DNA of 64,000 nt, from NCBI GenBank assembly GCA_950097015.1, contig CATNEN010000030.1, positions 3,658,001 through 3,722,000 on the forward strand. Direction: 5' to 3'. This document shows positions 24,145 to 37,127 of the stretch, piece after piece (position 1 is the first letter of the stretch; each line of letters starts with the position of its first letter). The notes under the pieces are model-generated. The model ran no database searches. It was not told the origin of the DNA and worked only from the letters and a program-made list of their open reading frames with translations. The stretch comes from Macrostomum hystrix. Lineage: Eukaryota; Animalia; Platyhelminthes. Position numbers and translations under genes: made by a program.

Positions 24145-24921
24145 ACTGGGAAGCCATTGATTGGCTCTGTGCTTGCTTGATTGAGACATCGTGCTTGGAA
24201 GCCGAACAAAATAGGAAAAAAGTGATTAGTGACGTCACTTTGTGGAGGTTTTATTTTATACAGAATATGCTACCGTTAGTAGTAATAGGTCGTGTTTTTT
24301 ATTGTGTGTATTGTGTTTTTTATTGTATAAAAAAGTATATCATATTTAGTAATTTTTCGATTTTTCCCTTTCTGCCTTCTCCCGAATTTTCCCGCAAAAA
24401 TCGAAATCCCAAAATTCCCACTTGGAGAAATTAAATCAGATGACAATCAAGACTAAGAAAACAGTTAAAGTTACTCGGCGATAATTAATTGATGAAGCTA
24501 ATTAAACATGCGCCTGTTATCCATTAAAGATATATTTTTAATTCAGTGTATAAAAGCCAATAAAATACATATTTTAGTAAGCAATAGTACTTTAATTAAT
24601 TAATCAACTGCTTGTCATAAAATGAATGAAAAGCCGAACCGAAAGTACAAGCAGGTGTTTGACGAGGGTTGGACTATTGTACTTAATAAAGTGCATTCCT
24701 ATAAGTATTTACGAGGGACACCCCTCGTACATATGATAAATAACAAAAGTCAAATAAGAGCGCAAATGTATTTTTACGTGTGTGACTTCAACTCCAGAAT
24801 CAGGCTGCCAATAATTTATAATAATTATTAGAAATTTAAAATTAATTTTTTGATATTTACGTTAGTATAGTTAGTACACAGCTTTTACATTGATCTGTGA
24901 GGCTACTCACTAAGGATGTGC

Positions 24922-25959
24922 TCAGAACACATAGTACTTGTAGTTGCTACCGAGAGTAGGCCCGCTGCTGCTGCTGCTGCTCGCACTTTTGTGATGCCTG
25001 CCCAGAGACTGCAGCCACAGCTGCAGTGTGATTCGTTGGCTCTCCGTGAACCAATCGCTAGCGTTGGCTGTAGCAACCAGCATGTGCACCTCGGCCAGGT
25101 ACTCCGAGCTTGGGTTGCCGCGCGCGTAGTTGTCATAGCAACGCTTGATTGAGTTGAAGACTCGCTCGGAGCTGACGAACTGCGGCCGGCGACGCAGGTG
25201 ACGGGCGATGAACTGGGCCAGGCGGGCGATGGACTGCGGCGCGAAGCCGTATTCGTAGTCCAGGTCAAACTCCGGCAGCGGGTTCGCCGCGGCGGCTGCG
25301 GCTGCGGCGACGGCGGACGCGGCGGAGTTTCGCCGTTGCTGTTCCAAGTCGGAGCGACAGAGCTTCAGCTCTCTGTCCAGGGCGCGTGCGCGAGCCTCGG
25401 CCGCGGCTGAATCTCGCCGTGCCACAGTCAGCTCCCACTGCAGCCTGGCGAGGTCGGTTCTGAGGCTGGCCCGGCCGCCAGTAGTAAACAGACTCTGATG
25501 AGGCGTCGTCGGTGTCGGAGGCATCGGTGGCGGCTCCTCGGTTTGTATTGCTCGTTCCGTAGCCAGCGGAGTTGGCGCAGCGGAGGCGGTGGCGGAGTCC
25601 GACAGCTTCCCGCCCGGCTGGAGGTCCGGCGCGAACGAGCAGCCGGCTCGATGCCTGCGCAGCCCGTCCAGCCTGCAGGTGTGCTGACAGCCGCGACAAG
25701 AATTCGGGCAGCGGACCTGCAGGCTGCCGATGAGGCCGCGGAGGCAGAGGATGGGCCTGGCGTCGCCGGGTAGGACCAGGGCCCGGCAGTGCGGGCAGGT
25801 GGCGCTGCCGCTCAGCCAGGTGTCCAGGCAGGCGCGGCAGAAGGCGTGGCCGCAGGGCGTCAAGACGGGGCCGTCCAGCAACGCGGCGCAAATGCTGCAC
25901 AGCAGGTTGTCGTCAACTTCCGTCAGGAACAAAGACTGGCCGATTTCGTTGGCGTCCAT
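24922..25959 (-). CDS. RING-HC + TRAF/SIAH-type zinc finger + coiled-coil E3 ubiquitin ligase (RNF151/NRDP1/PDZRN-like architecture), CDS in one exon
   Basis: CSIC..PCGHAFCRAC..CPHC RING; CPNSCRGC..HRAGCSF zinc finger; LARLQWEL..LEQQ coiled coil. Confidence 0.9.
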   Translation of the reverse strand: MDANEIGQSLFLTEVDDNLLCSICAALLDGPVLTPCGHAFCRACLDTWLSGSATCPHCRALVLPGDARPILCLRGLIGSLQVRCPNSCRGCQHTCRLDGLRRHRAGCSFAPDLQPGGKLSDSATASAAPTPLATERAIQTEEPPPMPPTPTTPHQSLFTTGGRASLRTDLARLQWELTVARRDSAAAEARARALDRELKLCRSDLEQQRRNSAASAVAAAAAAAANPLPEFDLDYEYGFAPQSIARLAQFIARHLRRRPQFVSSERVFNSIKRCYDNYARGNPSSEYLAEVHMLVATANASDWFTESQRITLQLWLQSLGRHHKSASSSSSSGPTLGSNYKYYVF

Positions 25960-26516
25960 TTCAAGAGTGTCCTACCTGAGGAACCGGTTGAGAATGTGCC
26001 AGAAACTGTAGACTCAAGACTTCAATTCTTGCTTAAAGCGCTTTTTAACACTAACAATGATTGACATGTCACAGATGCGTACTTTCAATAAGAAAGAGTG
26101 GAGGCTCAAAGCCTAGCTTGCTACAATGAGTGCGGCGCTAATAATACTGGCTATTGTGCACTGCTTGCCCATCGACTCGGTCAGCTAGGGCGCCACTTTA
26201 TAGATAGCCGAGTAGAGAGAATGGAGTGAGAAAAGAGAAAGTTCAAATTAACACGCAAGGCGCCAGACGCCGCTTGTTCATCGCGTTGTCTTCTCACCCG
26301 CTGAGCTGCCCGCCATGCCATGCCAAATTCACCAAATTCAGGCAAGCCTCAGCCCGTGCAGCAACGAGTGACGGGGCTGGGACCTTGGGGCTGAGTAGTA
26401 AAGCTTTGGGAGAAGTTGGTGGCGGTTGGAAAGTGCCTCATTAAACTTTCACACACTGAGAATATTTCCCCAGTGAGTACAATCAACGTTTTTAAACTCC
26501 TTTGCACCCAACTCAT

Positions 26517-28480
26517 AAACAGACTGGGTTCCCATCTCATAAACAGACTGGGTTCCCATCTCATAAACAGACTGGGTTCCCATCTCATAAACAGACTGTG
26601 TTCCCAAGTGATAGACAGACTGGGTTCCCATCTCATAAACAGACTGTGTTCCCAAGTGATAGACAGACTGGGTTCCCATCTCATAAACAGACTGTGTTCC
26701 CATCTCATAAACAGACTGGGTTCCCATCTCATAAACAGACTGTGTTCCCATCTCATAAACAGACTGGGTTCCCATCTCATAAACAGACTGGGTTCCCATC
26801 TCATAAACAGACTGGGTTCCCATCTCATAAACAGACTGTGTTCCCAAGTGATAGACAGACTGGGTTCCCATCTCATAAACAGACTGTGTTCCCAAGTGAT
26901 AGACAGACTGGGTTCCCATCTCATAAACAGACTGTGTTCCCAAGTGATAGACAGACTGGGTTCCCATCTCATAAACAGACTGGGTTCCCAACTCATAGAC
27001 AGACTGGGTTCCCATCTCATAAACAGACTGGGTTCCCATCTCATAAACAGACTGGGTTCCCATCTCATAAACAGACTGTGTTCCCAAGTGATAGACAGAC
27101 TGGGTTCCCATCTCATAAACAGACTGGGTTCCCATCTCATAAACAGACTGTGTTCCCAAGTGATAGACAGACTGGGTTCCCATCTCATAAACAGACTGGG
27201 TTCCCATCTCATAAACAGACTGTGTTCCCAAGTGATAGACAGACTGGGTTCCCAACTCATAGACAGACTGGGTTCCCATCTCATAAACAGACTGTGTTCC
27301 CAAGTGATAGACAGACTGGGTTCCCATCTGATAAACAGACTGTGTTCCCAACTCATAGACAGACTGGGTTCCCATCTCATAAACAGACTGTGTTCCCAAG
27401 TGATAGACAGACTGGGTTCCCATCTGATAAACAGACTGGGTTCCTATCTCATAAACAGACTGTGTTCCCAAGTGATAGACAGACTGTGTTCCCAAGTGAT
27501 AGACAGACTGGGTTCCCAACTCATAAACAGACTGGGTTCCCATCTCATAAACAGACTGTGTTCCCAAGTGATAGACAGACTGTGTTCCCAAGTGATAGAC
27601 AGACTGGGTTCCCAACTCATAGACAGACTGGGTTCCTATCTCATAAACAGACTGGGTTCCCATCTCATAAACAGACTGTGTTCCCAAGTGATAGACAGAC
27701 TGGGTTCCCATCTGATAAACAGACTGTGTTCCCAAGTGATAGACAGACTGGGTTCCCATCTCATAAACAGACTGTGTTCCCAAGTGATAGACAGACTGGG
27801 TTCCCATCTCATAAACAGACTGGGTTCCCATCTCATAAACAGACTGTGTTCCCAAGTGATAGACAGACTGGGTTCCCAACTCATAGACAGACTGGGTTCC
27901 CATCTCATAAACAGACTGTGTTCCCAAGTGATAGACAGACTGGGTTCCCATCTGATAAACAGACTGGGTTCCTATCTCATAAACAGACTGGGTTCCTATC
28001 TCATAAACAGACTGGGTTCCCATCTCATAAACAGACTGGGTTCCCAAATCATAAACAGACTGGGTTCCTAAGTGATAGACAGACTGGGTTCCTAAGTGAT
28101 AGACAGACTGGGTTCCTAAGTGATAGACAGACTGGGTTCCTATCTCATAAACAGACTGGGTTCCTATCTCATAAACAGACTGGGTTCCCATCTCATAAAC
28201 AGACTGGGTTCCCAACTCATAAACAGACTGGGTTCCCAACTCATAAACAGACTGGGTTCCCATCTCAAAAACGGACTGGGTTCCCAACTCATAAACAGAC
28301 TGGGTTCCCAACTCGTAGACAGACTGGGTTCCCAACTCGTAGACAGACTGGGTTCCCATCTCATAAACAGACTGTGTTCCCAAGTGATAGACAGACTGGG
28401 TTCCCAACTCTTAAGCAGACTGGATTCCCAACTCATAAACAGACTGGATTCCCAACTCATAAACAGACTGGGTTCCCAAC
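26517..28480. repeat. 24-bp minisatellite (AAACAGACTGGGTTCCCATCTCAT)n, ~80 units, two main variants
   Basis: Tandem unit visible; variant TGTGTTCCCAAGTGATAGAC interspersed. Confidence 0.97.
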
Positions 28481-29404
28481 ACTTAAACAGTCTTTTGTCA
28501 CAAAAAAGTCAATGTATCTTAATGAGCTACAAAAATTTGGCAACAATATAACTTTACAGCATTGATTTGTTAAATGATTTCTTTACTAAATGAACTGCAT
28601 GAAACTGCGTTGATTTGCTTTAAGGTTTCATTCTGTTTACTTTCTGGCCGCATTGTGACTGTGAGCCGAACTAAAAAATCTGCTCAAATGCAAACACAGA
28701 GACAGACAGATTCGCCCAGCTGATTATGTCAGTCTTGCTTTGACAGCATAAAAGTGCATGCAGCAAACTCCTCATGGACTCCCTCCATTGGCGCCAGGCA
28801 AATAATGGAAATAAACAAAAGCCAGGACAAATAGTTTGAGCACTCCCTCTGCCGTGAGCAGTCTCGCCCAACGAGGGTAGGTACTTTTCCCATTGGTTGG
28901 GGGTTGAGTTTTAGTGCGATGGCAAACAATTAGCGCATGCAGTGTACGCATTTAGCAGACATTTTGCTTGGCAACAAAAAAGCAAAGTCTTCTTTGTCTG
29001 GCAAACAAATTGATTAGATCTAGAATGTGTAGGTACTGAGTAAACTCACCAAACAGCTGCACTGCAGGATATCTTAAAACGATGTTTAATAATTAGAAAG
29101 GTGTTGAAACCATTCTAATATTATTGCAAACTGAACACTCTCTAGGCTGCCTGATACTAGCTGTATAACTTGAACTGCATATATAGTTAAATCTGAATTC
29201 GTTTCCTGGGCACAGCCAATCAGATTTGAAGCAGCGGGTAACTCAAAGTCTGCTGAGCTATTCAACCTTCAACCCCAGGTGAGGGGGATAGACAATGGGA
29301 TTTTAGTAGAATGCGAGTGTATGGGATGCAGTTCACTGATGGGAATCAAAAGAATGGCTGATTGATTGATTCAGATTGGGGATGGGGCCAGGGTAGCTGG
29401 AGAA

Positions 29405-29930
29405 ACACATTTTTTGCTGAGCAGGATGGCTGAGCATGGCTGAGCATGGCTGAGCATGGCTGAGCATGGCTGAGCATGGCTGAGCATGGCTGAGCATGGC
29501 TGAGCATGGCTGAGCATGGATGAGCATGGCTGAGCATGGCTGAGCATGGATGAGCATGGCTGAGGATGGCTGAGCATGGCTGAGCATGGCTGAGCATGGC
29601 TGAGCATGGCTGAGCATGGCTGAGCATGGCTGAGCATGGCTGAGCATGGATGAGCATGGCTGAGCATGGCTGAGCATGGATGAGCATGGCTGAGGATGGC
29701 TGAGCATGGCTGAGCATGGCTGAGCATGGCTGAGCATGGCTGAGCATGGCTGAGCATGGCTGAGCATGGCTGAGCATGGCTGAGCATGGCTGAGCATGGC
29801 TGAGCATGGCTGAGCATGGCTGAGCATGGATGAGCATGGCTGAGCATGGCTGAGCATGGATGAGCATGGCTGAGGATGGCTGAGCATGGCTGAGCATGGC
29901 TGAGCATGGCTGAGCATGGCTGAGGATGGT
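29405..29930. repeat. 10-bp satellite (GCTGAGCATG)n
   Basis: Tandem unit visible, with a recurring variant block (GATGAG/GAGGAT). Confidence 0.97.
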
Positions 29931-30364
29931 CATAGGCTGACTGAAAATGTCATAGCATGACTGACAGCGTCATTGGATTACTGAAAATGCCTTCCTCTTG
30001 ATAAACAATTCGTAATGGCGATCACTCTCGCTAAAAATCGGGATCCGCCAAAGGATGAGTCAGCACCGACATGCATCTTGACCCAATTTGCGTGACTATA
30101 AATTATTAAGCGTATTCTGCAGATTTCTTAGAATCAGTAGCGCAATTTCTAAAAATCAAGTTGAGCGAAAATTGCAACTAGCTGTAGCGTGCAGGCGGGT
30201 GTGGACAATGCGAACCCAGTCCCCTGACTCATCACAATTCCACGTCTGTCTCATTGGCTACGATTACTCCTAATACAGCCAGCTAGCACTGATTACTTTA
30301 CTACTGATCCGAAATGTACTCGTTAATTAATTTATTCATGCTCAACTCAGCTCTTGAATAAACT

Positions 30365-30735
30365 CAACTCTACTCTACTATATACTATTCTACTCTACAC
30401 TACTCTACTCTTCTCTACTTTCCTCTCCTCTACTCTACTCTATTCTACAGTCTACACTACTCTACTCATCTCGAATCTACTCTCCTCTACTCTACTCTAT
30501 TCTACTCTACTCTCCTTTCCTCTCCTCTCCTCTATTCTACTCTACTCTCCTTTCCTCTCCTCTACTCTCCTCTCCTCTACTCTACTCTATTCTACAGTCT
30601 ACACTACTCTACTCATCTCGAATCTACTCTCCTCTACTCTACTCTATTCTACTCTACTCTCCTTTCCTCTCCTCTACTCTATTCTACTCTACTCTCCTTT
30701 CCTCTCCTCTACTCTACTCTACTATACTCCAATCT
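30365..30735. repeat. (CTACT/CTCCT)n pentamer repeat with higher-order duplication
   Basis: The interrupting words ACAGTCTACAC and CATCTCGAAT occur twice at ~150-bp spacing. Confidence 0.9.
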
Positions 30736-31187
30736 ACTCTCTTTTACATAAATATACTCTCGATACTAAGCTCACCGGTTATATATGTGAGTATATTATG
30801 TGAGTGTTTAAGCCATGCAAAGTGAAATTAGTTTTTCATTTATTTTTATGTGCTCAAGTAAATTCCAAGTACATAAAAGAACTTTGAAGTCCTTAATATA
30901 AGAGTTATTTACTGTGTTGGCATTTATTTACAAAGCATGCAGCGCGACTCAAAAAACTATGTACTCTACTTTAAGTAGTGCATCAAGAATAGTTAGCAGA
31001 GAATTTCTCAAAAAAAATTTTTCTTAAAGACAGCCATTGCTATCAAGCAAATGAATTACTTTACACTGAGCACCAAATGTCAAGTTAAATTAAAAGTACA
31101 GATTAATCTGCCAGTAACTTAAGACTATCTCGAACTATTTGACTCAAAATATACGAAATAGGAGCTTATACACGAGCAGTCACAGGC

Positions 31188-31345
31188 TCACTGATAGCCA
31201 GTGACCATCAGACAGGTTGGCATCGGAAACGGTCGCCTAAATCTAGACTGAGCATCGTTCTCCAGGCAGCTGCGAAACTGCTGCTGCTGCTGATGCTGCT
31301 GCTGATGCTGCTGCTGATGCTGCTGCTGATGCTGCTGCTGCTGTG

Positions 31346-31385
<40 letters not shown>

Positions 31386-31910
31386 AGGCTCCAGCTGCTG
31401 CAGTCTCGGCTCTCTCAGCAGAGGCACAAAGCAGGTCCTGCAGGAAGTTTTGCAGCGCACAATCACTCGAAGCTCCAAGGGCTTAGCATACATCGGCGCA
31501 GGAGGCTGCGTCAACGGCAGCGGCTGCGGCCTCTGGTCGGAGGCCGAGGAATCTTCGCCTGGCAACAACGCCTGCAGCCTCTGGTGCTCCCAGTTTTTGT
31601 AGTCGGCCCACTCAATGCGGAGGCACCGAGCCTTCTCTCGCAGGTCCAGGGACTCACTGATTGACAGGGTGTCCTCAAGCCTCCTGAGGGCCTCCATCGG
31701 CTGCAGCACACAGTCGATGCGTCGCCTTTGCTGCTGCTGCTGGTGCTGCTGCTGCTGCTGCCGCTGCCGCTGCTGCTCAGTCTGCGGTCTCACTGCCGGA
31801 GAAGTTACGGGTCTGAGTCTAGTCTTCTTTGGTCGCTTGTGCAGAAAGTTCTTTCCAGACATTGTTGGCGGTGAAGGAGGCGTGACGTCATAGTCGATGC
31901 AGTCGAGCAT
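31188..31910 (-). CDS. Gln/Pro-rich hypothetical protein, 240 aa
   Basis: GC-rich ATG-to-stop ORF with polyQ/polyP tracts, basic KRPKKTR (NLS-like) and a non-repetitive core. No family recognised. Confidence 0.55.
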
Positions 31911-32574
31911 TGCTAGGCGCCAGAGGTCTCAGCACTGGCTGATTTTCAGGTGGGAATTCTCGTGGAAAAATATTCTTTAGAAGAAAATTCTCTCTTGTAT
32001 ACTCAAACTGCCGCTCAATGAATTATTAATCCCCACTTAAAGTGAGGCCCTACTCCTTCACCTGGCGCTTATTTTCACTTTACCAGTCGGTTTCCTTAGT
32101 TCAATATATATTCTGGCCAAAGTTCCCATCTGATTCTCAGCCCATACTGCTCACACGCATTTAATATGTTTCTCAAGTGCGCATTTTGTGTGCTCAAATC
32201 TCACGGACCAATCGTGCGCTGCGGCTTCCATTTTAAAAAAAAGATAATTGCGTCTGGACTCTAACTGGAGACTTTGCTAAGAGCTAAAGCAAGCTACCTT
32301 CTTTTCCATAGTGTCTGGCTGGGTTTAAAAAAAGATTTTTAACAGTCCGTTTCGGGTGCCTGGTTGTCTTCAAGTGGCAGTCTCGGCGAGGGGCCAGGGC
32401 TGCTCACGATGCGGCGGCTGCTGCATCAATGAGTTTTTATCTCCAGTGGGTTTATAGACTCAAGCTTCTATAAAAAAAGATAGAGATCTAATCTTATAAT
32501 AGTCAATCCAGAACAATGCTGAGAATTACTGTTTAATAATGAGCAATACTGAAGCAATTGATAATTATGTTCCT

Positions 32575-32655
32575 TGCTTTAGGACACAAATATTGCTGCG
32601 AATCGAACTTAGAACCTCTCGGACAGAAATCGAATAGTTAGCCTGCTAATGCCAT
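32575..32655 (-). mobile_element. SINE family B 5' fragment
   Basis: GAGAGGTTCTAAGTTCGATTC..TTTGTGTCCTAAAGCAAGG. Confidence 0.5.
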
Positions 32656-32944
32656 AACTAAGGCTTATCTTGAAGATAATGTAATTTGGATAGATATGTT
32701 AACGCGAGACTGAGTAGACTGAATGCTAAAAACTAAATTTAGTCTTAAAGTTACATACAAGTTTTTTCTACTAATAGTAGTACGTAAGTAAAACCGGTTG
32801 TTCTGTTCGTAAAGATACGCTGCAACTACAGTTTTGATCAGCATGAAAGAGACAGTGAGAGTTGAGAGAAAAGCGAGAGTGAGCAAGAAACGCAGATGAG
32901 GGTGCGAAAGACAAAGTCAGAGACAAGGCCTGAGGGAGCAACAG

Positions 32945-33240
32945 ACAGAGAGTGACAGACAAAGGGGTGACAGACATAGGGAGTGACAGACAGAAGGAGT
33001 GACAGACAAAGGGAGTGACAGACAGAGGGAGTGAAAGACCAAGGGAGTGAGAGACAGACTGAGCGAGATACAGAGAGGCGGTGACAGACACAGACTGAGT
33101 GAGTGACAGACAGAAGGGGTGACAGACAGAGGGGTGACAGACAGAGGGAGTGACAGACGCTGAGAGGGAGTGACAGACGCTGAGAGAGAGTGACAGACGC
33201 TGAGAGGGAGTGACAGACACTGAGAAGGAGTGACAGACAG
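32945..33240. repeat. Degenerate (GAGTGACAGACA..)n minisatellite
   Basis: Recurring GTGACAGAC core. Confidence 0.9.
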
Positions 33241-33929
33241 AGGCACTGCAGCAAAGGTTAGACAGAAGACCATCCACTCAAACTCATTGGCCTTGGCAGA
33301 CGCGGATGCCGCAGCGGCAAGAGGTGAAAATTGTCGCACTCGCATAATGAATGCGGGGGACAATACATGTAAAGATGCCGTTCCTGATAACTAATTTGGT
33401 CTGTGTCGCAGCTCATTGTCATGCATAGTGTAGCTTTTTCTCATCTGACAGCTAGCTGCAGTCATTGTTCGACCATGACTAGTTGACTAGAAGAATCTTG
33501 CGGTTCTCTTTTATGACCCCCGGCCAGGAAAGCTTTTTCTTATGACGACAAGTCGGCCGTGAGGCAGTGGCGGTGGTTGAGCAGTGCAAGGAAGCTGGGC
33601 TCTCTCATCCTTCATCCTGGGCGCAAGGGCGTCAAACTGAGGCAACGCGCGGAAGAAGAATAATGGGCGGAAGAATTGCTAAGGCCTTGTCTGCCTGAAC
33701 TGGGAACACGGCCCTACAACAAGCCTTACTAATAACACGTGTCAACTGTCAATGTTAGGGAATAAAGTCACTTAATATAAGAGGCAATTGAACAGGCTAT
33801 TTGGGAGTTCACTTAAGACGTTGTGAAGGGGAAGAGGATGATGACAAGAGCAGATGAAATCCTGGCATGTTAAACTCTGGGAAACAACTAGCGCTTAACT
33901 TAAGCATGACGAAGTTTTTTGTCACTGAG

Positions 33930-34920
33930 GAGATGAGGAGAGGGAGATGGGGAGAGGGAGATGAGGAGAGGGAGATGAGGAGAGGGAGATGAGGAGAGGG
34001 AGATGAGGAGAGGGAGATGAGGAGAGGGAGATGAGGAGAGGGAGATGAGGAGAGGGAGATGAGGAGAGGGAGATGAGGAGAGGGAGATGAGGAGAGGGAG
34101 ACGAGGAGAGGGAGATGAGGAGAGGGAGACGAGGAGAGGGAGATGAGGAGAGGGAGATGGGGACAGGGAGATGAGGAGAGGGAGATGAGGAGAGGGAGAC
34201 GAGGAGAGGGAGATGAGGAGAGGGAGACGAGGAGAGGGAGATGAGGAGAGGGAGATGGGGACACGGAGATGAGGAGAGGGAGATGAGGAGAGGGAGATGA
34301 GGAGAGGGAGATGAGGAGAGGGAGATGAGGAGAGGGAGATGAGGAGAGGGAGATGAGGAGAGGGAGATGAGGAGAGGGAGATGGGACAGGGAGATGAGGA
34401 GAGGGAGATGAGGAGAGGGAGATGAGGAGAGGGAGATGGGGACAGGGAGATGAGGAGAGGGAGATGAGGAGAGGGAGATGGGGACAGGGAGATGAGGAGA
34501 GGGAGATGAGGAGAGGGAGATGGGACAGGGAGATGAGGAGAGGGAGATGAGGAGAGGGAGATGAGGAGAGGGAGATGGGGACAGGGAGATGAGGAGGAGA
34601 GGGAGATGGGGACAGGGAGATGAGGAGAGGGAGATGAGGAGAGGGAGATGAGGAGAGGGAGATGAGGAGAGGGAGATTGGGACAGGGAGATGAGGAGAGG
34701 GAGATGAGGAGAGGGAGATGAGGAGAGGGAGATGAGGAGAGGGAGATGAGGAGAGGGAGATGAGGAGAGGGAGATGAGGAGAGGGAGATGAGGAGAGGGA
34801 GATGAGGAGAGGGAGATGAGGAGAGGGAGATGAGGAGAGGGAGATGAGGAGAGGGAGATGAGGAGAGGGAGATGAGGAGAGGGAGATGAGGAGAGGGAGA
34901 TGAGGAGAGGGAGATGAGGG
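33930..34920. repeat. 14-bp purine-rich satellite (GAGGAGAGGGAGAT)n, ~70 units
   Basis: Tandem unit visible; variant GGGGACAGGGAGAT. Confidence 0.97.
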
Positions 34921-36289
34921 GAGAGAGAGCAGTGACTAACTGGGGCAGTGTGAGTGTAACTCAGGATAAGCTGTAGTAATTAATGAGTCTGTAGCATTTG
35001 TGTGTAGTCACACGAATCATTCAGCTCGCGCAGCCAACGAGTTTGAGCTGCGTTCGTGTCGCTGCATTAAAGCCGTCATTAATGCCAGTGCAATGAGCTG
35101 CTGATGGCAACACGTTTACTCGCGGATAATTTTTTCTTATTATCCGCATTCTTATTTGGGATTAGATGCAGCTAGAGGCCAGATTGTAATCTGAGACAAT
35201 TCACAGCTTTAATATCGTAATTATTTACGGCCAGAAAACTGGGGATTAACAAACGTTGAGTGGCGAGTCCCTGACAGTTAAATCCCATTGGCAATGACCC
35301 TCAGATTCCGCGAGAATGATGAGAAAAAAATGGGATTTTTTGGGGAATGACGGCAGATACAATGGCGCACAATGAGAACCGATGCCGGACACTCCATAGC
35401 AGGTGAATGAATTAGAATGAAAATGTTCGCCGGAGCGAAAGTGCGAATGATATGATGAAAGAAAGTTTGGGTCCAAGTCCACTGCAGCCTATTATTATCC
35501 CATCGCCTAGCTCGGATTAGGCCACTATTTCCCTCCATCTGCCAATCGGTTCGCTGCTTCTACTCAAAAAGCTCTGCCAAAGCCTCATCACCTGGAAGCT
35601 GGGGGGAGGGTGTGAGAGCAACTTGGCGGAAGGCTTTCACGGCGAGCCCAACTTCCTCATCAGACTGATGGATGACAGAACTGGCTGCAGTTGAAGAATG
35701 GAAGGTGGGAACCAGCCAGCCCTCCTATACTGCAGGCCAGCCTGCATCAGAAACAGCAAGGTGCGGGCAGAGCATGCGGACTCGGCTGTTTCTCCGACAC
35801 TTGTCTGCGGACAAGGGAGGGGCCTTGAGTGACGGTGCTAGGCCTCATTAAACTGTCTGCTCAAGCAGGCAAAAGTGAGTCTGGATCACGGTTGCCACCT
35901 TGATCTCAGACTCAGACTCAAGGCGTTGGCGTCGCAAGTGTTCACAATGGCACCGCGGCCAGCAGTGTAAGAGGAAGTTGTTTGATTGTCCCCCTCCCCG
36001 ATCCCCGCGATCACCACCTCCTCATCTTTCTTTCCTGGCCGCGTCAGACTGCTCACCCCACAACTGCCAGACTGTGTGGCGCCACTCAGTGGTGAGACCA
36101 TTCCCTGTCTGTTAGCGGCATATCACACACAAGCAGGGTTGGTATACTTGTAATATAAACACCTGAGATACCTTTAACGAATGTGGCGTGGCTTGTTGGG
36201 AAATTAAGTCTGGGAAATTCTATGGTTTGCAGTACGCCTGACCATAGCGGGCCATATGTGCAGCCGACAGCACAGCAGCAGCTATGCTC

Positions 36290-36632
36290 CCCAGATCCCC
36301 AGATCCCCAGATCCCAAGATCCAAGATCCCCAGATCCCAAGATCACCAGATCCCCAGATCCCAAGATCCAAGATCCCCAGATCCCAAGATCACCAGATCC
36401 CCAGATCCCAAGATCTCCAGATCTCCAGATCTCCAGATCTCCAGATCTCCAGATCCCCAGATCACCAGATCCCCAGATCCACAGATCCCCAGATCCCAAG
36501 ATCCCCAGATCCCAAGATCCCAAGATCCCCAGATCCCAAGATCCCCAGATCCCAAGATCCCCAGATCCCCAGATCCCCAGATCCCCAGATCCCAAGATCC
36601 CCAGATCCCCAGATCCCTAGATCCCCAGATCC
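36290..36632. repeat. 8-9-bp repeat (CCCCAGATC/CCAAGATC)n
   Basis: Tandem unit visible. Confidence 0.95.
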
Positions 36633-37127
36633 CAATAGAAACAAATTGAGCATGTCAAATTGAGCATGAAACAAGCGAACCAGTCAAGCAAAAAACAATT
36701 TGACACGATTTCCTGATTAAACTGCACGGCACAGGGTACACCAGCAGTGACAGCCGGAATGACGTCCCATTGTTGCGGCTGTTCAGTTTGATTTTTTTGA
36801 CTTCAAGAGAAGCGGCATTGTCATTGTTTCTTCCCAAAGAAAAAAAGGGAAGAAATCCCGCCGTGCATCTCTCCCAACCCCAGCTCCAGTCAGATGACGC
36901 GGCCGCCGCCGCCGCAACCGCCGCCTTCCTCGTCTCTGATTGGCTGGGACCAACAAAGTTTTGTCCTCGCTCCAGTCCAGGCTCCAGTCCAGCTCAAACT
37001 TTCTAACCAGTCCCTTCGTCCTTATAGGCATGCCTTTATCAGCCTGCAGTTATCCAATCTATTTAGATTCTCAGTCAGAGAGGTGAGAGTTGACGCAATA
37101 AAAATTCTCTCTTTTTTGAAGCAAACA

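Noticed and set aside
26517-28480. CRISPR-like array
   Set aside because: No unique spacers and no cas genes; eukaryotic context.
26349-28565. Long ORFs (343-687 aa) in the ORF track
   Set aside because: Artefacts of a stop-free 24-bp repeat open in several frames on both strands. The same applies to ORFs over the arrays at 4198, 22000, 29400, 30365, 33000, 33900, 36300, 37800, 39330, 42315, 52670 and 58100-62300.
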